Shown: positions 30,007 to 43,762 of the stretch, piece by piece
Position numbering within the stretch: the first letter of the stretch is position 1
Layout of the letters: each line of letters begins with the position of its first letter
DNA from: the human T2T-CHM13v2.0 reference genome, Homo sapiens
NCBI RefSeq assembly: GCF_009914755.1
Contig: NC_060932.1
Direction: 5' to 3' (one strand)
DNA length: 64,000 bases
The notes under the pieces: model-generated
Seen by the model: only the letters and a program-made list of their open reading frames with translations
The model's database searches: none
What the model was told of the DNA's origin: nothing
Position numbers and translations under genes: made by a program

Positions 30007-31370
30007 CTATAGATTAGTTTTTCCTATGTCTCTGAGGCATCCTCAGATTGCAGTGGCAATCTGAAAGATCCTTCTGGATTGTAGTTCAAGCCAGGCATTC
30101 AACAACCTTCGTGCCTGATGGCATTCAACCATCAGGGCCTGTGCCTGTCAGAAAGTGACATTCTTTACTCAAAAACCTGCAAAGGAACTTGTAAATAAAC
30201 TGTACGAACAAGGTATGGGGACGGTGTTATCCAAAAGGCTTCTGTCAGTTTCATAAACAAATCTCAGTTTCTTAAAATTATGCCATTCCAGTCAAAGCCT
30301 TGATAAAACAACCAGTGTCTCCAACTGTGTCCTGTTACAAAAGAAAGCTTCAAAACAAAGCAATATTTCCCTCCATTATGACCTAATTCTGTACTCTTGG
30401 TTTTTCTTAATATGAGTAGGGGCTAGGGGCCCTCTGAAGGGTCACTGAAAAATCAACTCAAAAAAGATAGATTAGTTGAAGAGAAGGCATGCAGATTTGT
30501 TTGGAGTGTGTATGCTGGAGCCTTCAGAATAAAGATTCAAACACATGGGGGAAATTGTCCATCTTATGCTTAGGTACAACAAGGTATGGGCAGATGTAAA
30601 AATAAGATTGAGCTAAAAGGCATAATCTAATGCTAATTGGTTGAATGAGGAAACCCAGAAATGCCTGTCTGTCCAGATCCCTCTTGACCTCTCAGAGCAT
30701 GTACTCCTTCCTACTGAGGGTATGGGGATCTTATAACCTACAGTCCAAGAAGGTAGGTCATATAATTTTTTATGGCCAGTTCTTACACAGGAAAGTAGAG
30801 GAAAGTTAAGTAATATTTTTAGGCATCATGGATGGTTTTGAGAAAAAGGTGTTCTGATTTCTAAGGCCTTCCTTGGGCAAGGGAGATTCTAGTTTGTATG
30901 GCCAGCTTTGAGGGAAAACTGGACTGAGAAATAAGACGGCAGAAAGACAAAGAACCTTTCATTTCTAAGACTGAAATGAGGCTTTCATTTTGGGGGACCA
31001 TTTTCTGAGCCCTAGCATGTGTTTAAGGTGTTTGATGTAACCAAGAAACTTCCCATGCTGTTGATAAGAGTCACATATTTCCCTGCTCAAGGTGCCAGTT
31101 GTTTAGTTTCTTGTTTCCTCTATCATATAGAGTTCACTTATGACTATGGGCACATTCTTCCTTTGTGTGATTAATTCAAATTATCTTTTCAGCAGGTTTG
31201 ATTTTCAAGTTATCTAAATGAACTTTCCATAAGGAAAACCAGTCATATTGCAGGAGGTTTTGTTTATCTTTCTGGTAAATAGCCTAAAGAAACAAAGATT
31301 TGACTTTTTGTAAGGATCACTTCTGTGTTGTTTTTATTAGTTTTTAAAAATTACATAGAAAAACTAACTC

Positions 31371-31729
31371 TAATAGTCCATTTTTACACTGCAGGTAAAG
31401 ACATCCCCAAGACTGGGTAATTTATAAAGAAAAAGAGGTTTAATGGACTTACAATCCCACGTGGCGGGGGAGGCCTCACAATCATAGTGGAAGGCAAAAG
31501 GCACATCTTACATGGCAGCAGACGAGAGAGAATTAGAGCCAAACAGAAGGGGTTTCTCCTTATAAAACCATCAGATCTTGTGAGACTTATTCATTATCAC
31601 AAGAATAGTATGGGGGAAACAGCCCCATGATTCAATTATCTCTCACTGGGTACCTCCTACAATATGTGGGAATTGTGGGAGCTACAATTCAAGATGAGAT
31701 TTGGGTGGGGACACAGCTAAACCCTATCA
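31371..31729 (-). mobile_element. THE1-type solo LTR
   Basis: agactgggtaatttataaagaaaaagaggtttaatggact...ttcaagatgagatttgggtggggacacagctaaaccctatca. Confidence 0.9.
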
Positions 31730-32348
31730 CCAACCTTTAAAAGGGTTAAGGTTTTTACATCCATGTAACTTCCTATACTGCTTTTAAAGCCTTTTGATTA
31801 TCATTCTGGTTAAATGAATTATTGTTATTTTATAATAACCTATGGTTCTGATTTAATCAAATGTTTTGAGCTTTTTAACATCTATGACAAACATCCTCAA
31901 AATCAAATCCTAAATTAAGTCTCATACTTTCACTGGTGGGTATCAAAACTATAAAAATTGAACAAAATTGTTTAAGATGGCTTACTAGAAGCAGCTGGTA
32001 TATGCCTCTTTCCTGGAGAGAAACTAGTCAACACTAGCTCCTCAGCTGGATTAGCCAGGTGTACATGTTGGGATTCATCAGGGAAGCAATGTGACCTACA
32101 GAGAAGGTATTGGAGGGAGACAGGGCAGCTGTCCACCCAAGACTGGCACAGTGTTAGGGGTAGGCTCCTCACCATGTGGAAATGGTGAGTTAGTAATACC
32201 CTCTGGGACCCACACTTCTGCCACAAACCTTTATAACCCTGGGCTCGAGAGATCCCCCATGATCCCCCTTACCCCCTCGACCAGGGCCTCCAAACTAAAA
32301 CAGAGAGCTACGTGGTGTGTGGGCAGAGCCATCACTCAAGCTCAGGTG

Positions 32349-32718
32349 GTGATATAGCTTGGCCGTCTCCATCCAAATCCCATCTCGAATTGTAGCTCCC
32401 ATAACTCCCACATACAGTGGGAGGGAGCCAGTGGGAGATAATTGAATCATGGAATCCCCCATACTGTTCTCATGGTAGTGAGTAAGTCTCATGAGATCTG
32501 ATAGTTTTATAAGGGGAAACTCCTTTCACTTGGCTCTCATTCTCTCTTTGCCTGTGGCCTTGTAAGACGTGCCTTTGTTCTTCCCTCACCTTCCCGCTGC
32601 CATGGTCGTGAGGCCACCCCAACCACGTGGAACTGTGAGTCCATTAAACCTCCTTTTCTTTATAAATTACCCAATCTCAGGTATGCCTTTATCAGCAGCA
32701 TGAAAATGGACTATTACA
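32349..32718 (+). mobile_element. THE1/MSTA solo LTR nested in the L1 5'UTR
   Basis: tgatatagcttggcc...ccacgtggaactgtgagtccattaaacc...aatggactattaca. Confidence 0.88.
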
Positions 32719-35700
32719 GGTGGATTCCTGGTCCCTTGGACCCCTGGGCACTCTGGCACCAGTGGCTGCAGCTCTAGTAGTTGGGGAGGCTAGGCTCCCT
32801 TGCATGCCCCCAAGATAGAAGCTGAATCCATGGGGCTGATGAACAGATATACTGCAGGCTTTGCCTGCATCTATCCAGACAAAGCCCACTGTCCTTGGAG
32901 ACTAGCATGGCCACCCCAGCCCTGCCTGAGCTCTCAGGTCGGTAGCAGCCTTACACTTTCCTGGGACAGAGCTCCCAGAGGGAACAGGTGGACCTACCAG
33001 TTTTACTGCTCCGCAGCCCTCAATCCTGCTGCCCTCAGTCTTGGAAAGGAGCAAAGTGATTATGAACTAACGTGGGCCCTCAGTGTAGCACAGCTTACAG
33101 AAAAGTGGCCGGACTGTTTTCCACATGGGTCCCTGGCCATTAATCCTCACTAAGCAGGCTTCTCAACCTGGGCCCCCAGTACAACCACCCTGCCCTGCCT
33201 GAACACTTCAGTCAGCAGCAGCTCTGCATTTCTTTGGGGAGGAAATCTCAGAGACAACCCACAGCCCCTTGCCCATCACAGCTGCAATGGTACTGCCCTT
33301 ATTACCCTCAGGCTGGGGAAGGAACCAAAGGCCTGGTCATGTCACTGGCACCTCCAGCACACTGCAAACACCATATGGAGAGGAGTACTGTCTCTCTTCC
33401 TTGTGAGCCCCCACACCCTACTTATCACCAGGCAGGGTCCCAAACTTGGAACTGCAGAGCAGCCACTCCACCCCTGACTGAGCATTCCCACTGGTAGTGG
33501 CTCTTCGTTTCCCTGGGGTGGAGCTTCCAGAGAAAACTGACAGCCACTCTGCCACTGCCACTGAGGCAGTTCTGCCATTGCTGCCCTCAGACTGGGGAAG
33601 GAATAAAGACCCTGAGGTCATTACTCATGCATTCAGCACACCACAGTCACCACACAGAGAGAAGCCCACTCTCTCTTACCTGTGAGACTCCAACACCTGC
33701 TCTTCAAAGAGGACCCCTGGCTCAGGCTCACAGTACAGCCAACCCACCCTCAGCTCAACATTCCCTTTGGCAGCAGCTCTGCATTTCTTTGGGGTGAAGT
33801 TCCCAAAGGCAACTGAAAGCCTCTCTGCCACTGCTACTGCAGTGGTACTACACTTGCTGCCTTCAAAGTGAGGAGGGAACAAAGACCCCAAGTACTTTAC
33901 TCACACCTCCAGCACACTGCAGGAGAGGAGAAGAGGCCAGTCTGTCTTCCCTGTGAGACCCCTGCCTCCTGTTCATTACAAGGGAGGTCTCCCCAGCATG
34001 GTCCCACAACACACACCACAGCCCTGGCTGACCACTCCAAGTAGTAGAGGCTTTGTGCTTCTCTGGGGTGAAGCCACAAGAGACAAGTAAAAGGCCCTTG
34101 CTCATTGCCACTACCAAGGTCCCTTCCCCTGCTGCCTCCAAGCTGGGGAGAAAACATAAAGCCTGAGCTTGCCCTAGGGCTGTGATGTGCAGCCCAGGAG
34201 TTCCAAGCCCAGATCTCCATCCAGAACTTGAGTGGGAAAGGAGCCCACACTTTCAAAACACTGAGAAGGAACGTGGCTGCAAATGTGAGGAAATACAGAG
34301 GAGCCATGAGGCTGAGCAAGAGCCTACCTACTGGACATTACACTTAAGCACCATCTACTGGATCACAGCCCAAACTTCAACATCCAAAAAACTTTGCTAA
34401 TATACCACTCTGTGAAACCAAGGACAAGAATTCAGCTACAAATAAAGACCCAGGACAAAGCTTTAGTCCTCTGAAAATGTCCAGAAAGGAAGTTAACTGA
34501 CTATACTCAAATTACACCAGAGTTAAAGCCACACAGATGAGAAAGAACCAGCACAAGAACTCTGGCAACTAAAAAAGCTAGAGTGTCTTCTTTCCTCTAA
34601 ATGACTGTACTACTTCCCCAGAAACGCTTCTTAACCAGCGGAAAGGGCAGAAATTACCAACGTAAAATTCAGAATATGAATAGGAACAAAGATTATCGAG
34701 ATTCAGGAGAAAGTCAAATGCAATTTAAGGAATCTAAGGATTATAACAAAAAATGATACAAGAGCTGAAGATAAAATGGGCATTTTAAGAAAAAAACAAA
34801 CTGTAATGATAGAGCTGAAAAACACACTACAAGAATTTCCTAATAAAATTGCAAGTATTAACAGCAGAATAGACCAAGCTGAGGAAAGAATCTCAGAGCT
34901 CAAAAACTGGTTCTACAAACTAACTCAGACAAAAATAAAGAAAAAAAGGAGAAAACCTTGGAGAAATGTGGGATTATGTAGAGACCAAATCTGTGACTCA
35001 CTGGCATCCTTGAAAGAGAGGGAGATAAAACAAGCAACTTGGAAAACATATTTCACAATCTTGGCCACAAAAATTTCCCCAACATCACCAGAGAGGCCAA
35101 CATTCAAATTAAAAAATGTAGAGAACCTTTGTGAGATACTGCACAAGACAACTATCCCCAAGACACATAGTCATCAGGTTCTCCAAGGTCAACAAGAAAG
35201 AAAAAATATTAAAGATAGCTAGACAGAAAGGACAGGTCACCTACAAAGGGAACCCCATCAGGCTAAAAGCAGACCTTTGGACAGAAACCCTACAAGCCAG
35301 AAGAGATTGGGAGCCTATATTCACTATTCTTTAAAAAGAAGAAGTTCCAACCAAGAATTTCATATCTGGCCAAAGATTCCCAAGCAAAGGAGAAATAAGA
35401 TACTTTTCAGACAAGCTAATGCTAAGGAAATTCATTACCTTCACACCTGCTTTACAAGAGGTCCTACGGGGAGTGATAAATATGGAAAGGAAAGACCATT
35501 ACCAGCCACATAAAAACAGTTAAGTACATAGACCACTGACACTATAAAGCAACCACACAATCAAGTCTGAATAATAACCAGCTAACAACACAACAACAGG
35601 ATCAAATCCACACATGTCAATATTAACCTTGAATGTAAATGGGCTAACTGTCCCCAGTTAAAAGGCACAGAATGGCAACTTGGATAAAAGAGCACGACCC

Positions 35701-36524
35701 AACCGTATGCTGTCTTCAAGAGACCCATCTCATGTGCAATGACACCCATAAAGAAAACATTATACCAATATCCTTGATGAAAACAGATGCAAAAATCCTC
35801 ACTAAAATACTAGCAAACCAAATCCAGCAACACATCAAAAAGCTAATCTACAGCAATCAAATAGGCTTTATTCCAGGGATGCAACGTTTCTTCAACATAT
35901 GCAAATCAATAAATGTGATTAATCACATAAACAGAACTGAAAACAAAAACCAGATGATTATCTCAGTAGATGCAGAAAAGGCTTTTGATAAAATTCAGCA
36001 TCCATTCATGTTTAAAACCCTCAACAATCTAGGCATTGAAGGAACATATCTTTAAACAATAAGAGCTATCTATGACAAACCCACAATCAACATCATACGG
36101 GTTGCACAAAAGCTGGAAGTATTCCCCCTTGAAAACCAGAACAAGACAAGGATGCCCACTCTCACCACTCCTATTCAACGTAGTACTGGAAGTCTTAGCC
36201 AGAGCACTGAGGCATGAGAAAGAGATAAAAGGCATCCAAATAGAAAGAGAAAAAGTCCCTGTTTGCAGATGCCACAATTCTATATCTAGAAAACCCCATA
36301 GTCTTAGCCCAAAAGCTCCTTAAGCTGATTAAAAAAAAACTTCAGCGAAGTCTCAGCATACAAAATCAATGCACAAAAATTAGAAGCATTCCTATACACC
36401 AACAAAAAACAGGCCCAGAGCCAAATCAGGAACACAATCCCATTCACAATCACCACAAAAAGAAAAACATACCTAGGAATACAGCTAAGGAGAAAGGTAA
36501 AAGATCTCTGCAATAAGAATTACA

Positions 36525-36824
<300 letters not shown>

Positions 36825-38123
36825 TTACAAAACACTGCTTGAAGAAATCAGAGATGACACAAACAAATGGAAAAAAGCATTCCATACTCATGGATAGGAA
36901 AAATCAATATTGTTAAAATGGCATTACTGCCTAGAGCATTTTACAGATTCAATGTTATTCCTATCAAACTACCAATGACATTCTGCACAGAACTAGAAAA
37001 AGCGATTCTAAAATTCATAAGGAACCAAAAAAGAGCCCAAACAGCCAAAGCAATTCTAAGCACAAAGAACAAAACTGGAGGCATCACATAACCTGAGTTC
37101 AAACGATGCTACAAGTCCACGGTAACCAAAAGAGCATGGTACCGGTACGAATATAGACACATAGACAATGGAACAGAATACAGATCCCAGAAATGAAGCC
37201 ACACACCTACAACCATCTGATCTTTGACAAAGCTGACAAAAACAAGCAATGGAGGAAAGGAAAACTTAAGTCAATAAATGGTGCTGAAATAATTAGCCAT
37301 ATGCAGAAGATTGAAAACCGGATCCCCTCCTATACCATATACAGAAATCCATTCAAGATGGGTTAAAGATTTAAATGTAAGACCTAAAACTATAACAACC
37401 CTGAAAGAAAACCTAGGAAATACCGTTCTAGACATAGACCTTTTCTGTTGAAGATGCCAAAAGCAATTGCAACAAAACAAAAAATTGATTAGTGGGACTC
37501 AAACTAAAGTGCTTGTACACAGCAATAGAAACTATCAATAGAGTAAGCAGATAACCTACAGAGTGGGAGAAAATATTTGCAAACTATGCATCCAGCAAGG
37601 GTCTAATATCCAGAATCTATAAGAAACTTAAATTTAAAAGAAAAAAGCAAGCAACCCCATGAAAATCTGGGCAAAGGGCATGAACACATGCTTTTCAAAA
37701 GAAGACATGCATGCAGCCAACCAACATATGAAAAAAAGCTGAACCTCACTGACCATTAGAGAAATGCAAACCCAAACCACAGTAACACACCATTTCACAT
37801 GAGTTAGAATGGCTATTATCAAAAAGTCAAACAATAATGTGCTGGCAAGGATGCAGAGAAAAAGGAATGCTTATACATTGTTGGTGGGAGACAGAAGGTA
37901 CAATAGTACTTTTCTTACAGGGTTCTGAGACTATAAAGTGAACTTAGGCATGTAAGAGAAATTCATGCAATAAAAGTACTAACAAAATAATTATTATGAC
38001 AGATACTTATAATCATTGTGTTTTTACATATTCAAAATATGTTATACCTATAATTACCCTACTCAAGGGAATCTAAGGGCAAAAGTAATGTTATTTGTCT
38101 TTGTTTTCCTTGTTTAAGGGATC

Positions 38124-39001
38124 GTGGACATTACAGTATATTTTGAAAGAACTGGTTATAAGAACTCTAGGAACAAATTAAACTTGGAAATATTAACTGC
38201 TATCTTCAGCAACAGGTCTGAGCTGTTCCCTCTGAGAACTTTAGCATGCATTGTGGGGAACACATGGAGTAGGGCTTAAAGTCCATTTTTTTTTATCAAG
38301 TTATAAGAAGACCCCCAGGGTGGGTGGTGTCTCTGGGTTGATCGATTTCTGTAAAGGGCTCTGACCACAACTGGCTTTGAGACCACGATATTGGCAGGGA
38401 ATGTTTATATCCCTCTGGCCAAAAAATATAGCGCTGACATGGTTCACCTTCTTCTGCAGGTGACCGTTAACGGCAAGTACCACATCACTGATGGTCAGTT
38501 TGGAAGCTCCTTCCAGATGTGGCAGCCTCTGGGGTTTATTTCTGGGAAGGATCAGCCTCAGGTGTCACTCATTTTCTGCTTGAGAGAGAGAGTGGATTCT
38601 GCTACCTGGATCACCTTAGAAGATGTCAGCACATTTCAAACTAAGATTTTCTTAATTCTGATCTCCGGGAAGAAAAGAAATAACAAAAAAAAATCTACTC
38701 CTTTACTCCTGAATCCTGAACAATTGAAGATTTTGAGTCTGTGAGTACATACCTGTAGACATCTCCAACATCTCCATTTACAAGCACATTATTTTGTTCT
38801 GTGCAAACCCCAGAAGGTATGCACTGCTTGGTGGGCTTCACTCTCAACTGTAGGAGATTCTGCTATAAGGACAATATGGATCTCGTAGAGTTTTAAATTC
38901 TGAAATAGGAAGAAGTTGAAGAATGACTGAAGAATATGTTTAATATATCCTTAGAGGGAAAACTCATGCCCAAACATGGTGATTCATCTTTTACTATTTA
39001 G
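38124..39001 (+). pseudogene. NATP: NATP (AACP) arylamine N-acetyltransferase pseudogene, coding exon
   Basis: Reads (V)DITVYFERTGYKNSRNKLNLE...GGWCL...MVHLLLQVT...[16 protein letters not shown]...PKHGDSSFTI*, colinear with the 290-aa NAT proteins. ATG is GTG at 38124; frameshift near 38200; stops incl. TAA 38352; slippage at T9 (~38286), (GA)n (~38582) and A9 (~38685). Acceptor-like tttaag just upstream. Confidence 0.97.
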
Positions 39002-39013
39002 AGTAAGAAACAA

Positions 39014-39452
39014 AATAAATCCTTGTGTATTTATTAGCCAGCTCACTAATTATCAACCGATGTCCTATCATATATCCTCTATACCCTCACATTATTTGGA
39101 GGAAAATTCTATATATCAAATCATTTCACCAATAAAAATGCCAGCATATATCATTAAACATCATTTTAAAGAATGATAACCACACATTTTCAAACTCATG
39201 AACATAAAAGCATTTTAAGGATGACCTGTGATTATCTTGGGAACCATAGTGATTTGTGTGAGAAAATATTTAATGCGGGTTTTTTGTTGACTTTATAGAA
39301 AATTTTTACTGGTAAATGAGTGAATAGAATATTACGGAAAAACTAATTGTCTATAAAGCATATGAAAAGATTGTTGGATAATATAATGTGAATTCAAGTT
39401 TTTCTTTAGGAGACTTAGGCTATTATGGGACTAGGTGTTTTTCCTCAATAAA
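39014..39452 (+). terminator. NATP 3'UTR relic with AATAAA signals
   Basis: AATAAA at 39014, 39131 and 39447; the sequence after the stop (aaataaa.ccttgtgtat...ctcactaattatcaac) resembles the NAT2 3'UTR as recalled. Confidence 0.55.
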
Positions 39453-40122
39453 GTCTTCCCTCTCATCCTTTCTCTTGTCTCCTGGTTATATTCTTTTACT
39501 TTCTTCCAAACTTTGCCATAAGAAAAAGAACATGGTTTTGGTATATAAATTCGATTTGAAATCCTGTGGACACTGGGTGAATTATTTTTTAAAACTGTAG
39601 CTCTGATTTCTCAAAGATAAAATGAGGATAATATTTATACAATTCAGTGCCAGACCTGGAGTAAACTTTCAAAAAAATATTTGCTACATGGATGAATGAA
39701 TAATGTCAGTAATGTTTTAGTACTAGATCAGCATTTGATCAAAGTTCTCCTTCCATCTTGCTTTATTTCCCTACAGTTTGAAATTCTGGCTCCAGTTTCA
39801 TCTGCCTGCTTCTTCCTTGATTAAATATTGATAGAAAATCAGATGCCCTGGATCTAAGCGTGTGTCTTGTGTTTCAGAATCTGAATGTTTACTTATCCAT
39901 AACTCAGATTTTCTGTTCGTAGATTCCAGTATCAGGGCTATAGTTTAAACTTCAGACTGATTCTTACGTTACTCTCTTTCTCTTCAACTTGTGATCATTT
40001 TAATAAGCTTAAGAGAAAAGCAGGGACCAGAATGGAGAAATATTCGTTAAGAAAATAAGATACATTGGAGCATCAGTATTTTAGACAGCAATATAATAGT
40101 TGGGAGATACTGGCGAGTGTGA

Positions 40123-40488
40123 ATGATATGCTTTGACTGTATCCCCACCCAAATCTCATTTTGAATTGTAGCTCCCATAATCCCTACATGTTGTGGGAGG
40201 GACCCAGTGGGAGGTAACTGAATCATGGGTGCACGTTTCTCCCATGCTGTTCTCATGATAGTGAATAAGTCTCACAAGATCTGATGGTTTTATAAAGGGC
40301 AGTTCCCCTGCACATACTCTTTTGCCTGCCACCATGAGAGATGTACCTTTGCTCCTCCTTCACCTTCTGCCATAACTGTGAGGCCTCCCCAGCCATGTGG
40401 AACTGTGTGTCCATTAAACCTCTTTTTCTTTATAATTTACCCAGTCTCAGGTATGTCTTTATTAGCAGCATGAGAACAGACTAATATC
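40123..40488 (+). mobile_element. THE1/MSTA solo LTR
   Basis: tgatatgctttgactgtatccccacccaaatctcattttgaattgtagctccc...gagaacagactaatatca. Confidence 0.9.
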
Positions 40489-43400
40489 AAGGATTTCCTA
40501 AGAAGTGGTGGGTATGAGACCTGGTCTCAGTGAGAAGAAAGAATGAAAGAGATATGTCAATATTTGAAAGCTTGCCATCTTCCTTACTGATGGGCCTTGT
40601 TCAGCTATGTTGCTGTCTTGCAATAATGCCACGTCACTTCTGGTACTCTCGAGCAGAAAGAACTTTCTCATATTCCAACCAAGATCAGGCCAATGGAGGA
40701 AATGCTGGCAAAAAACTCAAACCAGATCAAAATGTGGCTCAAAGAAAATGATGCAGTTTTATACAATGAGTCAAGTAAGTCATGTTGCACAATGAATATC
40801 CTGTAACCCAAATGCAATTTTTTTTCTTGAATATATCTGTCACATAGGGGGAAAAGCAAAAATATGTTCAAAAAGACTCAAATATACAATTTAGCTTGCA
40901 GATTGAAGACTTCTGCTTTTACTATGCAATGTTAACCTTTTTCAAATGGAATCTAAATGAATGAAGGAAAAGAATCTCACCAATTGATTTGGCTAAAGAT
41001 TTTGAGGTGGATGTTGATTCTTTGCACTTGTCCAAAACGTTGTCTCTATTTTTGGTGGCCCTCTGAAGAGTAGGATATGCCATGTCGTGTCAGAACCCTG
41101 AGACAAGTAAGTTAGAAGATCTAGTTGTAAAGGTTGAGGTGTTAAGTGTGTATGCTATTTCCTCTACCTTCACAGTGAAGCTGAGTGTGTATGTGTTAAT
41201 CTCCCACTCTCTGTGCATTAAGCAAGGCAGATGATCTGGGACAAGCGTGTATATTGGTATTCAGGTGGTAGCCTCTGACCCTAGGGAGATACCCACTGGA
41301 AGTGAGCCCACCTGTTTGTTTTCTGAGGCTTAGGGATATTCAGGAATGCAAAGCCCCACTGACTCCGATAGCTAGGTCACTGGGAGAAAGTGTCTTTAAT
41401 GGGAGCTATAGAATTTGTCGCACTTGATGTGTGAGACAACTTCTTCAAGAAAACATGAATAGGACTAGATTTATTACTGGGGTAAGCCAGAAGAAAGGCT
41501 CAGAAAGTACCATGCTGTGACTCAGACTGCAGGAGGGTTACTGTTTGTCTACTCTATTAGCTCACTAATACAAATTCATTAGAAGCCAGGCTGTCAAATA
41601 GTCACTGAAAGAATGTACAGAAAACCCCTTCTAGAAAGAAGATGGGAGCTGTGCATTCCAGCCTCTTTTCTGAACAGCACTCTGGGGATGGAGCCCCTGG
41701 AAGTGCTTAGACTCCCACTGAAAACCACCTATTTGTTCTGTAATCTAGAAAGACTCACGTGTGCATTCTCCCGTTCCTAGAGTTGGAAGGTTTTTAGGAT
41801 GCAGTCAATCAAGTGGTAACTATAAGAGTTTGGGAACTCAATGCATGGCTCAAACCCCATTTGGGAATGAACAGGGAACTGCATTTTAGAGCCCCTTCTC
41901 TACATTCCTCCACTGAATGAAGTCCCTGGAAGTGTGTGCACGCTCATATAAAACTGCCACTTTTTTCTGTGGCCTACAGAGTGTTGTATATGCCTAGCCC
42001 TCTCTACTCCCAGAGCTAGGAGGTTTAGGATGCAGCCCCTTGTGTTAAAACTATAAAAGGTGGGGCACTCAATATGAGGACAAACTCATTCCAGGTGGGA
42101 TTAATGGGCCTGGATTTATCAGTAGTGTGAGCCAGGGGAGAAAGCTCTGGAAAAGCCATTGTGTTTCTGAGGCTACCAGGCGGCTATCTGCCCCCTTTCT
42201 CCCCAATGCACATTAGAAACCAGACCCCCAAGTAGCCACTGGAACAGTGTGCCATAAACCCATTCCAGGAAGTAACAGGTAGCTGCATGTTTAAGCCCCT
42301 TTTATGCACTGCTCCTGGGGCATGAGGTCCCTAGAAATGCTTACAAACCTGTATAAAATCGCCACTTTTTCCTGTGATCTAGGGAGACTTACGTATGTCT
42401 ACTTCTCTCTACTCCAAGACCTAAGAGGTTTAGGATGTCATATCAGATGGAAGTTGAAATAGTGGAATGCTCATCATGTGAACAAACCCTTTCCAGGAGG
42501 GATCAATAGACATACGTTTTCACTAAAAAAATCTGGCAGAGGCAGTTATCTAATGTGTAGAAACCAACACAGAAGGTCAAAGAAAATGAGGAAACAGGGA
42601 TATATATTCCCATTTAAGAACAATATAAATCTCCCAAATCCAACCCAAGTGATGTGGAGATATGTGATTTACTTCACAGGGAATTCAGAATAAAGATAAT
42701 AAAGATGCTTACTGAGGTCAGGAGAGCAATGTAAGAATAAACTGAGAATTTCAACGAAGAGAGAGAAAATTTTTAAGAAGTACCAAACAGAAATTATAGC
42801 ACTGAAGAATACTATAACTGAAATGAAAAATCCAATAAAGTGGTTCAACAGCAGGCTAGATCAAGCAGAAGAAAGGATCAGTGAACTCAAAAGCAAGTCA
42901 GTTAAAGTCATCCAATCTGAGGAGCAAAAATAGAAAAGAATGAAAAATACTGAAGATAACTTAAGAGATGTATGGAACAGCGTCAGGCTGTACATCATAT
43001 GTGTTATTGATGTACCAGAAAAGAGAAAGTGACATTAACCATATTCAAAGAGATAATGAAAGAAAACTTCCCAAGCCTGTAGAAGGAAATAGAAATACTA
43101 ACTTAAGGAGTTCAAAGCACCAAACGAGGTGACTCTAAAGAGGCATACATTGAGAAACATCATACTCAAATTGTCAAAAGTTAAAGACAAAGAGAGAGTT
43201 TTTAAAGCAGCTAGAGAAATGCAAATTGTTATGTACAAGGAAATCCCAGTGATAGTATCAGCAGATTTTTTCATCCAAAATCTTGTAGGCCAGAAAGGAG
43301 TAAGATGATATATTCAAGACCTAGTAGGGGGAAGCCAACTAAGAATACTATACCCAGAAATCATGTCTTTCAAAAATGAAGGATTGAAAAAACTTCGTCA

Positions 43401-43762
43401 GACAAGCAAAAGTTGAGAGTTTATCACCACTAGACTTGCATTGTAAAAATTTCAAAGGTAGTTCTTCAAGATGGAGAAAAATGGTAATTAGTAACATGAA
43501 AATATAAATCTTACTGATAAAAGTAAGACTGTTTTAAAATCCAGTACACTCTAACACTGTAATGACAATGGGTAAGTCAATCATGTCTTTAGTATAAAGG
43601 TTAAAGGTCAAAACGATTAAAAATGACTAAAGCTACAATAATTTCTTAAGGGATACAAATGCTGAAAAGATGTAAATTGTGACATCAAAAACATAAAACA
43701 TAGGAGGAAGAGGATTAAAACTGTAGAGCTTATATATGTGATTAAAATCACATTGTTATCAG

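Larger units (their letters stand above)
24045..30350 (+). repeat. Paralogous block, NATP copy (upstream region, exon 1 relic, proximal intron)
   Basis: Colinear with ~55300-62350 (e.g. 24360 vs 55618 cacagtgagaacttgg; 25870-26300 vs 56953-57385; 27790 vs 58787; 30135-30345 vs 62143-62350). Confidence 0.92.
27924..31950. mobile_element. MER4-group ERV1 LTR/internal sequence in the NATP intron
   Basis: LTR start tgtaaaccaaaaataaaatcctaggcccccc; related U3 motif (aaaatcaa.atattttac.ccaaaata.atttctttgacata) occurs in both orientations (~28210 +, ~29170 -); shared with 58920-62350. Confidence 0.65.

Noticed and set aside
38391-38744. 117-aa NAT-like ORF as a functional enzyme
   Set aside because: TTG start, lacks Cys68 (cut off by the TAA at 38352) and leaves the NAT frame near 38590; a fragment of NATP.
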